From assembly GCF_000007145.1 (NCBI RefSeq), contig NC_003902.1, positions 4,676,497-4,708,496 of the forward strand: DNA of 32,000 nt, given 5' to 3'. The notes beneath the pieces were generated by a model. That model saw only the letters and a list, made by a program, of their open reading frames with translations. It did not search any database and was not told the DNA's origin. This document shows, in pieces, positions 18,843-26,835 of this stretch; position 1 is the first letter of the stretch; each line of letters opens with the position of its first letter. The DNA comes from Xanthomonas campestris pv. campestris str. ATCC 33913. GTDB taxonomy: Bacteria; Pseudomonadota; Gammaproteobacteria; Xanthomonadales; Xanthomonadaceae. The position numbers and the translations under genes are program-made.

Positions 18843-21842
18843 GTGAGAGAGCCACGCACCTTGCCGCGTACGCGACGCCTGACGTCTGCCTTGCTGTTTG
18901 CACTGTCCGCACCGCTGGCCGCGCAAACCGCGCCGGCGCCGCAGTCGGCCTCGACCGTCCCCGGCTCCAGCCAGGCCGACCCCGCCACGCTCGATACGGT
19001 GCAGGTCAGCGGCATCCGCGGCAGCCTCACCTCGTCGATGAACGTCAAGCGCGATGCGCAGGGCATCGTCGACGGCATCGTGGCCGAAGACATCGGCAAG
19101 TTCCCCGACACCAACCTGGCCGAGTCGCTGCAGCGCATCAGCGGTGTGTCGATCGACCGCTCGCTGGGCGAAGGCTCGCGCGTCACCGTGCGTGGCGTCG
19201 GCCCGGACTTCAACCTGGTGCTGTTGAACGGCCGGCAGATGCCCGGCGCCAGCATCGAAGAATCCAATGCCTCCAACTCGCGTGCGTTCGACTTCGCCAA
19301 TCTGGCGTCCGAGTCGATTTCCGGCATCGAGGTGTTCAAGACCAGCCGCGCCAGCACGCCCACCGGCGGCATCGGCGCCACCATCAACATCAAGACCGCC
19401 CGGCCGCTGGACAACCCGGGCATGCATGCCAATGTGGGGCTGAAGGGCGTGCACGATGCGTCCAACGAGAACCTGCCTGGCCGCCTGCAGGGCGATGCGC
19501 TGACGCCGGAAATCTCCGGCATCTTCAGCACCACCTCGGCCGATGGACGCTTTGGCGTGTCGCTGAGCGGCAGCTACCAGGAACGCGACTTCGGCTACAG
19601 CCAGGTCGGCGTGCCCAATGGCTGGCGTTCGTTCCGCGGCGATTCCACGGCCTACGGCACCATCCCGCAGCCGGGTGCGCCGGGCTCGGAAAACATCACC
19701 AACCGCCCGGGCCCGAACGACATCTACTCGGTGCCGCAGAACCTCAACTACCGCGTGGTCGGCGTCGAACGCCAACGTACCAACGGGCAGCTGGTGCTGC
19801 AGTACAAGCCACTGGACAACATCACCACCACGCTGGATTACACGTACTCGGAAAACAAGATCCAGCAGCAGCGTAATGAAATGTCGGTGTGGTTCAACTA
19901 TGGGCCTTCGGCCAGCGCCTGGACCAATGGTCCGGTCGCCGGCCCGGTGACCTATTCGGAAATCGTCAATCCGGCCACCAGCGATCTGGCCACCGCCGGC
20001 TCCAATGCGGCCACGCGCAACCAGAACAAGTCGCTGGGCTTCAACGTGGATTGGGCGGTGAACGATCAGTTCAAGCTCAACTTCGATATCCACCGCTCCA
20101 CGGCCGAAGCCGGTGCAGATAGCCCGTACGGTTCTAGCAATTCGTTGGGCGTGTCCGGCTTCTACCGTGGTACCTCGGTGGTGGATTTCAGCAAGGATTT
20201 CCCGGTGTTGCAGCAGCAGTTGGGCTTTGGCCTGAACGGGCTGGACCCCTCGCGCACGCTGGTCACCGGCTCGGCGTTCCGCAACAGCTACATGAAGTCG
20301 GAGATCGACCAGGCGCAGGTCAACGGCGACTTCACCTTCGAAAACTATTCGCAGTTGAAGTTCGGTATCGGCAGCACCGAGGTCAAGAACCGCTCGGCGT
20401 TCTCCAACGTGCAGCGCGATACCTGGGGCGGCAACGGCACCGCAGCCGATTATCCGGACGATCTGTGGATTCCCAGTTCGTTTGCGCAGTATTTCGATGC
20501 GATCGACGGCAGCGGCAACCCGCCGCAGTTCAACCAGCTGTTCCTGTTCGACTTCGAACGCGCACGTCAGGCCGCCGCGCAAGTGGCCGGCGACGATGCG
20601 CTGTACCGCATCTCGCCGGTGTTCACCACCGACCGCCGCGTGACCGAAAAATCCAAGAACGCCTACCTGCAGTGGAACAACAGCTGGGACGATCTGCGCG
20701 TGCCGATCAGCCTGGCCGCCGGTGTGCGTTACGAAGAAACCAAGGTGGACGCGCAGGCACTGGTGCCGGTGGCAGTGGGCATCGACTGGGTCGCCAACAA
20801 CGAGTTGCCGATCCGTGTGTCCAACTCGGCGTTTGCCAGCGGCAGCGGCAAGTACGAATACTGGCTGCCCAGCCTGGACCTGAGCTTCAAGCTCACCGAC
20901 GACCTGGTGCTGCGCGCCAGCTACGGCGAAACCATCGGCCGGCCCGGCTGGGGCGATATCCAGGGCGGGCAGACGCTTAGCGAGATCGCGCGCGTAGAAG
21001 GCGGCACCGGCCAGGAAGGCAATCCCGGCCTGAAGCCGCTGCTCTCGCACAACATCGATTTCTCGCTGGAGTGGTACTACAGCGATGCCAGCTACGCCTC
21101 GGTGGGCTTCTTCCGCAAGAACATCGACAACTACATCGGCGTGACCACGCGCAACGACACCTCGCTGGGATTGAACACCCCGATTGGCGGCGCGTACTGG
21201 AACGAAGCACTGGGCAACGGCTGCGCCTCGGCCGACCTGACCTGCATCCGCAACTACATCTTCCGCAACCGCGGCGGCGCGCCCGGCGTGGTACGCGGGG
21301 CCGATGCCACCGGCGTGATCAGCGGCCAGCCCGGCGACCCGGTGGCCAACTTCGCCATCACCGCGCCGGCCAACCAGCGCTCGGCGTCGCTGGACGGTTG
21401 GGAATTCAACCTGCAGCACATGTTCGGCGACAGCGGGTTCGGCGTCTCGGCCAACTACACCATGGTCGACTCGGGCCTGACCTACGACAACTATGTGATC
21501 GGCGAGCAGTTCGCGCTGGAAGGCCTGAGCGATTCGGCCAACGTGGTGGGCTTCTACGACCGGGACAAGTGGCAGGTGCGTGCGGCCTACAACTGGCGCG
21601 ACGAGTTCCTGGCCGCACGCTTCGATGGCAGCGGCCAGCCCAATCCGGTCTATACCGAAGCCTATGGCCAGCTGGATCTGAGCATCGGCTACCAGTGGAC
21701 CGAGAACCTGTCGCTGAGCCTGGAGGCGATCAACCTCACCGACGAGGTGCAGCGCCAGCACGGCAGGCAGTCGAACCAGATCGTCTATGCCACCCAGACC
21801 GGCCCGCGCTACATGCTGGGCGTGCGCTACAAGTTCTGGTGA
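18843..21842 (+). CDS. TonB-dependent outer-membrane receptor (large, oligosaccharide/non-siderophore-like type)
   Basis: ORF 18771..21842. I prefer the GTG at 18843, which has a GGGGAAG Shine-Dalgarno 7 nt upstream and gives the signal peptide VREPRTLPRTRRLTSALLFALSAPLAAQ. TonB-box region is ATLDTVQVSG. The plug is DAQGIVDGIVAEDIGKFPDTNLAESLQRISGVSIDR. The C-terminal beta-strand ends in RYKFW. The ATG at 18771 cannot be excluded. Confidence 0.9.
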   Translation: MREPRTLPRTRRLTSALLFALSAPLAAQTAPAPQSASTVPGSSQADPATLDTVQVSGIRGSLTSSMNVKRDAQGIVDGIVAEDIGKFPDTNLAESLQRISGVSIDRSLGEGSRVTVRGVGPDFNLVLLNGRQMPGASIEESNASNSRAFDFANLASESISGIEVFKTSRASTPTGGIGATINIKTARPLDNPGMHANVGLKGVHDASNENLPGRLQGDALTPEISGIFSTTSADGRFGVSLSGSYQERDFGYSQVGVPNGWRSFRGDSTAYGTIPQPGAPGSENITNRPGPNDIYSVPQNLNYRVVGVERQRTNGQLVLQYKPLDNITTTLDYTYSENKIQQQRNEMSVWFNYGPSASAWTNGPVAGPVTYSEIVNPATSDLATAGSNAATRNQNKSLGFNVDWAVNDQFKLNFDIHRSTAEAGADSPYGSSNSLGVSGFYRGTSVVDFSKDFPVLQQQLGFGLNGLDPSRTLVTGSAFRNSYMKSEIDQAQVNGDFTFENYSQLKFGIGSTEVKNRSAFSNVQRDTWGGNGTAADYPDDLWIPSSFAQYFDAIDGSGNPPQFNQLFLFDFERARQAAAQVAGDDALYRISPVFTTDRRVTEKSKNAYLQWNNSWDDLRVPISLAAGVRYEETKVDAQALVPVAVGIDWVANNELPIRVSNSAFASGSGKYEYWLPSLDLSFKLTDDLVLRASYGETIGRPGWGDIQGGQTLSEIARVEGGTGQEGNPGLKPLLSHNIDFSLEWYYSDASYASVGFFRKNIDNYIGVTTRNDTSLGLNTPIGGAYWNEALGNGCASADLTCIRNYIFRNRGGAPGVVRGADATGVISGQPGDPVANFAITAPANQRSASLDGWEFNLQHMFGDSGFGVSANYTMVDSGLTYDNYVIGEQFALEGLSDSANVVGFYDRDKWQVRAAYNWRDEFLAARFDGSGQPNPVYTEAYGQLDLSIGYQWTENLSLSLEAINLTDEVQRQHGRQSNQIVYATQTGPRYMLGVRYKFW

Positions 21843-22015
21843 TGCGGTTCTGATGCAATTGCTGTGTTGATCCAATGCGTTTCCCGGCAGCCTGGCTGTC
21901 GGGAGACGTACATGGCCGTTGCGGCCGGCCCTGCGGCGTTGCGCCATGGGGCTTGCCGTCGCACGGCGATTCGTTGAAGCATGGGCCACGCGCCCCGCGT
22001 GCTGTGCCATTCCCC

Positions 22016-22717
22016 ATGACCGATCCCGTGCTGTTGAACAATCTCGATCACCGCGACCTGCGCGTGATCACCACACACGGCGCCGCCTATGGCGACAACG
22101 TGATGTCGGCCGCCACTTTTCCGCTGGAATTTCGCCAACTTCAGGCGCAATACCCGATCGTGTTCCATCGCGATGCCGATGGGCAGTTCCAGCCGCTGGC
22201 CCTGCTGGGCCTGCGCATGGGCGAAAACCTGTTCCTGGACGGCGCGCGCTGGGATGCGCCGTATGTGCCACTGGCGATCCAGCGCCAACCGTTTTTGATC
22301 GGCCAGCAGCCCGACGGGCCGATGGTGCATGTGGATCTGGACAGCCCGCGCATCAGCACCGCCGAAGGCGAGCCGCTGTTCCGCGAGCACGGTGGCACCA
22401 CTGAGTTTCTGGAGCGCATCAGCCAGGTGCTGCGCACGCTGCATGACGGGCTGCATGCCACGCGGGACTTCATGAGCCGCGTGCTGGCGCACGACCTGCT
22501 GGAACCGTTCGTGTTCGAGGCCACGCTGGACAACGGCGTGGAATGCCGGCTTGCCGGCCTGTATGCGGTGCACGAAGAGCGCCTACGCGCGCTGGGTGAC
22601 GAAGCACTGCTCAGCCTGCACAAGCATGGCGATCTGGAACCGCTGTATATGGCGGTGGCCTCGATCGCGCAGTTCCGCCACCTGCTGGACCGCATGAACC
22701 GCCGCCATGCCGGCTGA
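22016..22717 (+). CDS. SapC-family protein
   Basis: ORF 21875..22717 trimmed to MTDPVLLNNLDHRDLRV (ATG 22016). I recognise the N-terminus (L....H..L.v......Y......a....ef......YPIvF) and the ~230 aa length as SapC-like. This was not verified by HMM. Confidence 0.75.
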   Translation: MTDPVLLNNLDHRDLRVITTHGAAYGDNVMSAATFPLEFRQLQAQYPIVFHRDADGQFQPLALLGLRMGENLFLDGARWDAPYVPLAIQRQPFLIGQQPDGPMVHVDLDSPRISTAEGEPLFREHGGTTEFLERISQVLRTLHDGLHATRDFMSRVLAHDLLEPFVFEATLDNGVECRLAGLYAVHEERLRALGDEALLSLHKHGDLEPLYMAVASIAQFRHLLDRMNRRHAG

Positions 22718-23720
22718 GCCGCGCCCCATCCCCGAAGTGCACGGGCTGGATCCACTGCAACTGGATCCGGCACTGCTGCGCTCGACCACGCCGCTTGTGT
22801 TGCGCGGGCTGGTGCGCGACTGGCCGCTGGCCCGCGCCGGCGCGCAGTCTGCGCAGGCCGCCGCCCAGTACCTGCGCAGGTTCGACCGCGGCGAGGCGGT
22901 GGTGGCGCAGGTCGGGCCACCGGAGATCGCGGGGCGGTTCTTCTACAACGCCGACATGAGCGGCTTCAACTTCCGGCCCGAGCGGGTGCCGCTGGCGGTG
23001 GTGCTGGAGACCCTGCTGCGCGATCTGGAGGTTGCGCAGCCGCCGGCGATCTACGTGGGCTCCACCACGCTGGACACCTACCTGCCCGGCCTGCGCGCGG
23101 ACAACCCCATCACCCTGCCGCAGGCCGAGCCGCTGGCCAGCATCTGGATCGGCAATCGCACCCGCATTGCCGCTCACCAGGACCTGCCCGACAACCTCGC
23201 CTGCGTGGTGGCCGGGCGCCGCCGCTTCACGCTGTTTCCGCCGGAGCAGCTGGCCAATCTCTACATCGGCCCGCTGGATCTCACCCCGGCCGGCCAGCCG
23301 GTCAGCCTGGTGGATATCACCGCGCCGGACCTGGAGCGCTTCCCGCGCTATGCGCAGGCGCTGGAGCACGCATTGGTGGCCGACCTGGAACCGGGCGATG
23401 CGGTGTTCATGCCCAGCATGTGGTGGCACCACATCCAGGCACTGGACGGCTTCAACGTGCTGGTCAATTTCTGGTGGCGGCAAAGTCCGGCCTACATGGA
23501 TTCGCCAATGAACGCGCTGATGCTGGCGCTGCTCACCATCCGCGACCTGCCGGCCGAACAACGCGCCACCTGGCAGGAAGTGTTCCGCCACTATGTATTC
23601 GACGCCGATGCCGACACCGCCGCACATCTGCCCGAGGCCGCGCGCGGTGTGCTCGCCCCGATGGACGACGCCCGCGCCCGCGCCCTGCGCGCACGCCTGC
23701 TGCAACGCTTGAATCGCTGA
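22707..23720 (+). CDS. Cupin-like (JmjC / cupin_8) putative Fe(II)/2-oxoglutarate oxygenase
   Basis: 337 aa. The candidate facial triad is HQD in IAAHQDLPDN plus His in FMPSMWWHHIQAL. The ATG at 22707 overlaps the SapC stop (22715-22717) by 11 nt. Confidence 0.78.
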   Translation: MPAEPRPIPEVHGLDPLQLDPALLRSTTPLVLRGLVRDWPLARAGAQSAQAAAQYLRRFDRGEAVVAQVGPPEIAGRFFYNADMSGFNFRPERVPLAVVLETLLRDLEVAQPPAIYVGSTTLDTYLPGLRADNPITLPQAEPLASIWIGNRTRIAAHQDLPDNLACVVAGRRRFTLFPPEQLANLYIGPLDLTPAGQPVSLVDITAPDLERFPRYAQALEHALVADLEPGDAVFMPSMWWHHIQALDGFNVLVNFWWRQSPAYMDSPMNALMLALLTIRDLPAEQRATWQEVFRHYVFDADADTAAHLPEAARGVLAPMDDARARALRARLLQRLNR

Positions 23721-23729
23721 GGATTTCCC

Positions 23730-25292
23730 ATGCACGCCCCTGCCCCCTCCGAGTCGCAACGCCTGGTCCGCCGCGTGGTCATTGCCGGTGGCGGTACTGC
23801 CGGCTGGATGGCCGCCGCCGCGCTGTCCAAGCTGCTCGGCCGGCAGTTGCAAATCACCCTGGTGGAATCGGACGAGATCGGCACCGTGGGCGTGGGCGAG
23901 GCCACCATTCCCAGCCTGGTGACCTTCCACCGGCTGCTGGAGATCGACGAAGCGCAGTTCATGGCCGCCACCCAGGCCACCTTCAAGGTCGGCATCGCCT
24001 TCGAACATTGGCGCGATGTGGACCGCCACTACATCCATTCCTTTGGTCACACCGGCACCGATCACTGGAGCGCGGGCTTTCAGCACTTCTGGCTGAAGGC
24101 GCGCGCACGCGGCGTGGCGCGCGACTTCGGCGACTACTGCCTGGAGCTGCGGGCCGCGCAGGAAGGCCGCTTTGCGCATCTGCCCAACGGCGGCATGAAC
24201 TACGCCTATCACCTGGACGCCGGGCTGTACGCGCGCTTCCTGCGCCGCTTCAGCGAAGGCTTCGGCGTGCAGCGCATCGAAGGCCGCATCGGCAGCGTGC
24301 AGACCGACGCGCACAGCGGCGACATCGCCGCCCTGGTGCTGGACGACGGCACCCGCATCGAGGGCGACCTGTTCCTGGATTGCACCGGCTTTCGCGCGCT
24401 GCTGATCGGCCAGACGCTGGGCGTGGGCAGCGAGGACTGGTCGCGCTGGTTGTTCGCCGACAGCGCGCTGGCCGTGCAGACCGAATCGGTGGGCGCGCCA
24501 GTGACCTTCACCCGCGCGCGCGCCGATCGCGCCGGCTGGATGTGGCGCATTCCGCTGCAGCACCGGGTGGGCAACGGCATCGTGTATTCCAGCCGCTACA
24601 CGGACCAGGACAGCGCCGCCCAGGTGCTGGAACACAACCTGCAGGGCCGCGCACTCACCACCCCGCGGGCATTGCGCTTCACCCCCAACCAGCGCCATCG
24701 CGTGTGGGAAAAGAACTGCGTGGCGCTAGGCCTGGCCAGCGGCTTTCTGGAGCCGATCGAGTCCACCAACATCCATCTGATCCAGCGCGGCATCGTCCGC
24801 CTGCTGCAGACCTTCCCGCAGGTCATCGACCCGGTGGACATCGCCGAATACAACCGACAGGCAGCCGAGGAGATCGCGCATATCCGCGATTTCGTGATCC
24901 TGCATTACCACGCCACCGACCGCCGCGACACGGCGTTCTGGCGCGATTGCGCGAGCATGGAGATCCCCGACAGCCTGCGCCACCGCATGGAGCTGTTCCG
25001 CCAGAGCGGGCGCGTGTTCCACCAGGGCAATGAGTTGTTCGCGGAGAATTCATGGATCCAGGTGATGCTGGGCCAGGGCATCGTGCCGCGGCACCACCAC
25101 CCGGTGGCCGACCTGATGGGCGATGCCGAGCTGAGCCAGTTCCTGGAGGGCATCCGCCAGCGCGTGGAAGCCACCCTGGCCCGCCTGCCGCCGCATGCCG
25201 AGTTCCTGCGCCGCTATTGCCCGGCCCCGGCACCGCCCGCGCCCATGCCACAGCCGGCACCGGGCACGCCGCTGGCCGCACCGGCTGCCTGA
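23730..25292 (+). CDS. Flavin-dependent halogenase (tryptophan-halogenase family)
   Basis: 520 aa. FAD motif is VVIAGGGTAGWMAA. The family signature is GWMWRIPLQ (WxWxIP). Candidate catalytic Lys is in ATFKVGIAFEHW and candidate Glu in GFLEPIESTNIHL. A GAGGA Shine-Dalgarno overlaps the cupin stop, with only a 9-nt gap. Confidence 0.88.
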   Translation: MHAPAPSESQRLVRRVVIAGGGTAGWMAAAALSKLLGRQLQITLVESDEIGTVGVGEATIPSLVTFHRLLEIDEAQFMAATQATFKVGIAFEHWRDVDRHYIHSFGHTGTDHWSAGFQHFWLKARARGVARDFGDYCLELRAAQEGRFAHLPNGGMNYAYHLDAGLYARFLRRFSEGFGVQRIEGRIGSVQTDAHSGDIAALVLDDGTRIEGDLFLDCTGFRALLIGQTLGVGSEDWSRWLFADSALAVQTESVGAPVTFTRARADRAGWMWRIPLQHRVGNGIVYSSRYTDQDSAAQVLEHNLQGRALTTPRALRFTPNQRHRVWEKNCVALGLASGFLEPIESTNIHLIQRGIVRLLQTFPQVIDPVDIAEYNRQAAEEIAHIRDFVILHYHATDRRDTAFWRDCASMEIPDSLRHRMELFRQSGRVFHQGNELFAENSWIQVMLGQGIVPRHHHPVADLMGDAELSQFLEGIRQRVEATLARLPPHAEFLRRYCPAPAPPAPMPQPAPGTPLAAPAA

Positions 25293-25430
25293 ATTTCGCG
25301 GGCATCTCGGCAACCCTTGGCTTAGACCGCCCCAGCAATGCTAGATTGCGGCATTGCCGACCCTTGCGGGAACAAGGGCCGGCGCTCACCGCAGCAACGT
25401 TATCTTTCGCACTCGGGGTAAGGGGGACGC

Positions 25431-26438
25431 ATGTTGGATCTGACACAGGGCCGTATGGCACGCCGGATCGCGCCGGTCATTTTGCTGGTTGGCCTGGCCG
25501 CCTGCTCCAAGCAGGAAGAAAAACCTGCCGCCACCGCGGGCACCACGCCAGCGGCACCGGCCACCGCGCCGGCACCTACGGCAGCCACTGCGGTCTCCCC
25601 GCAGGTGCAGTCGATGGCAGCCGATCAGCTGCGCGAATCGGCCACCAAGGCGCTGCAGGACAACCGCATGTACGCCCCGGCCGGCGACAACGCGGTGGAG
25701 TATTACCTGGCGCTGCGCGAGAAGCAGCCGCAGGACGCTACCGTCAACAGCGCGCTGACCGACCTGATGCCGTACACGCTGATCGCCGCCGAACAAGGCA
25801 TCAGCCGTGAGGAGTTCCCCGAAGCGCAACGGCTGATCGCGCTGATCGAAAAGGTCGACCCCAGGGCACCGGCGCTGCCGCGTCTGAAGAGCGGCCTGGA
25901 AGCCGGCATGAAGACCGCCGCCAATCGCACCGAGCAGGACGCCGAACAGGCCAAGAAGCTGGTCGAAGACAAGGCCAAGCAGGCCGCCGAGCAGAAGCGC
26001 CTGGCCGAGCAGCAATCGCGCGAGGCCGCTGCGGCCCAGCAGATTGCCGCCCAGCAGGAAACAGCGCGCCAGCAGGCGGCCGAAGCCGAACGCCAGGCCG
26101 CCGCCAAGCGCCCGGCCGAGCCGGCGCCCACGCCCGCCGCGCCACGCCCGGCGCCGGCCGCTGCAGCCGCCGCCCCGGCGGCCGCGTCGCTGCGCCCGAT
26201 CAGCACCCCGGCCCCGCGTTATCCCCCCGAAGCCCTGCGCGCCGGTACCTCCGGCGAAGTGCTGGTGGAGATCACCGTGGGCACCGATGGCTCGATCACC
26301 GCCTCGCGCGTGCTGCGTGCCAACCCGCCACGCGTGTTCGACCGTGAAGCCCTCAACGCCGTGAAGCGCTGGCGCTTCGAGCCGGTGGCCGCGCCGGTGA
26401 CCACCCGCCGCACACTGTCGTTCAACCCGGGCGGCTGA
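25431..26438 (+). CDS. Lipoprotein with an Ala/Gln/Glu-rich coiled-coil linker, a Pro/Ala-rich tract and a C-terminal TonB_C domain
   Basis: GGGGGA Shine-Dalgarno upstream of the ATG at 25431. The lipobox is LLVGLAAC. The C-terminus, YPPEALRAGTSGEVLVEITVGTDGSITASRVLRANPPRVFDREALNAVKRWRFEP, fits the TonB C-terminal domain pattern. Confidence 0.75.
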   Translation: MLDLTQGRMARRIAPVILLVGLAACSKQEEKPAATAGTTPAAPATAPAPTAATAVSPQVQSMAADQLRESATKALQDNRMYAPAGDNAVEYYLALREKQPQDATVNSALTDLMPYTLIAAEQGISREEFPEAQRLIALIEKVDPRAPALPRLKSGLEAGMKTAANRTEQDAEQAKKLVEDKAKQAAEQKRLAEQQSREAAAAQQIAAQQETARQQAAEAERQAAAKRPAEPAPTPAAPRPAPAAAAAAPAAASLRPISTPAPRYPPEALRAGTSGEVLVEITVGTDGSITASRVLRANPPRVFDREALNAVKRWRFEPVAAPVTTRRTLSFNPGG

Positions 26439-26559
26439 GTGAGTGGTTGGGTGCTTGCAGGGTCTACGCGCGGCTGAGTAACTGCGTTGGTTGGTGATCG
26501 TTGCTTGATGCTGCTGATGATTGATGCAATGCACCTCCGGCACATGCCGAGCGCCAAAC

Positions 26560-26588
26560 AAAAAGCCCGCAGCGATGCGGGCTTTTTG
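26560..26588. terminator. Bidirectional rho-independent terminator between convergent genes
   Basis: aaaaGCCCGCA-gcga-TGCGGGCttttt, a 7-bp GC-rich stem flanked by an A-run and a T-run. Confidence 0.8.
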
Positions 26589-26600
26589 TTGGCTGGCCAT

Positions 26601-26693
26601 CCGTACCCTCATCCGCCCTTCGGGCACCTTCTCCCGAGGGGAGAAGGATTAAAGCCCCTCTCCTGCGGGAGAGGGGTTGGGGTGAGGGTACGG
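26601..26693. repeat. Composite REP-like palindromic element: 11-bp terminal inverted repeats enclosing two 9-bp-stem hairpins
   Basis: CCGTACCCTCA (26601-26611) pairs with TGAGGGTACGG (26683-26693). Hairpin 1 is CCTTCTCCC-gag-GGGAGAAGG (26627-26647). Hairpin 2 is CCCCTCTCC-tgcg-GGAGAGGGG (26655-26676). A decayed partial copy (ccatccg...caccttctccc) lies at about 26791-26830. Confidence 0.85.
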
Positions 26694-26835
26694 CGGCAGA
26701 TTGGACATCACGAACTGCATCGGCAACAGCCACGTTCAATCATTCAACATCAATAGCTGTAACAGGCATTCGCACCAACAACCCATACCCCCATCCGGCG
26801 CTGCGCGCCACCTTCTCCCAACCAGAGAACGAACA

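Noticed and set aside
18783-22010. 1075-aa minus-strand ORF
   Set aside because: It is antisense to the TonB-dependent receptor gene. The translation is repetitive and Arg/Ala/Gly-rich, while the + frame has a plug, a TonB box and a C-terminal aromatic residue.
22611-24698. 695-aa minus-strand ORF
   Set aside because: It is antisense to the cupin and halogenase genes, shows no recognisable motifs, and reads as a shadow ORF.
25386-26627. 413-aa minus-strand ORF
   Set aside because: It is antisense to the TonB_C lipoprotein gene, and it extends through the terminator and the REP element.
26464-26756. Small ORFs (89 and 91 aa) over the REP element
   Set aside because: Their sequences (…[27 protein letters not shown]…) are the well-known translation artefact of REP hairpins.
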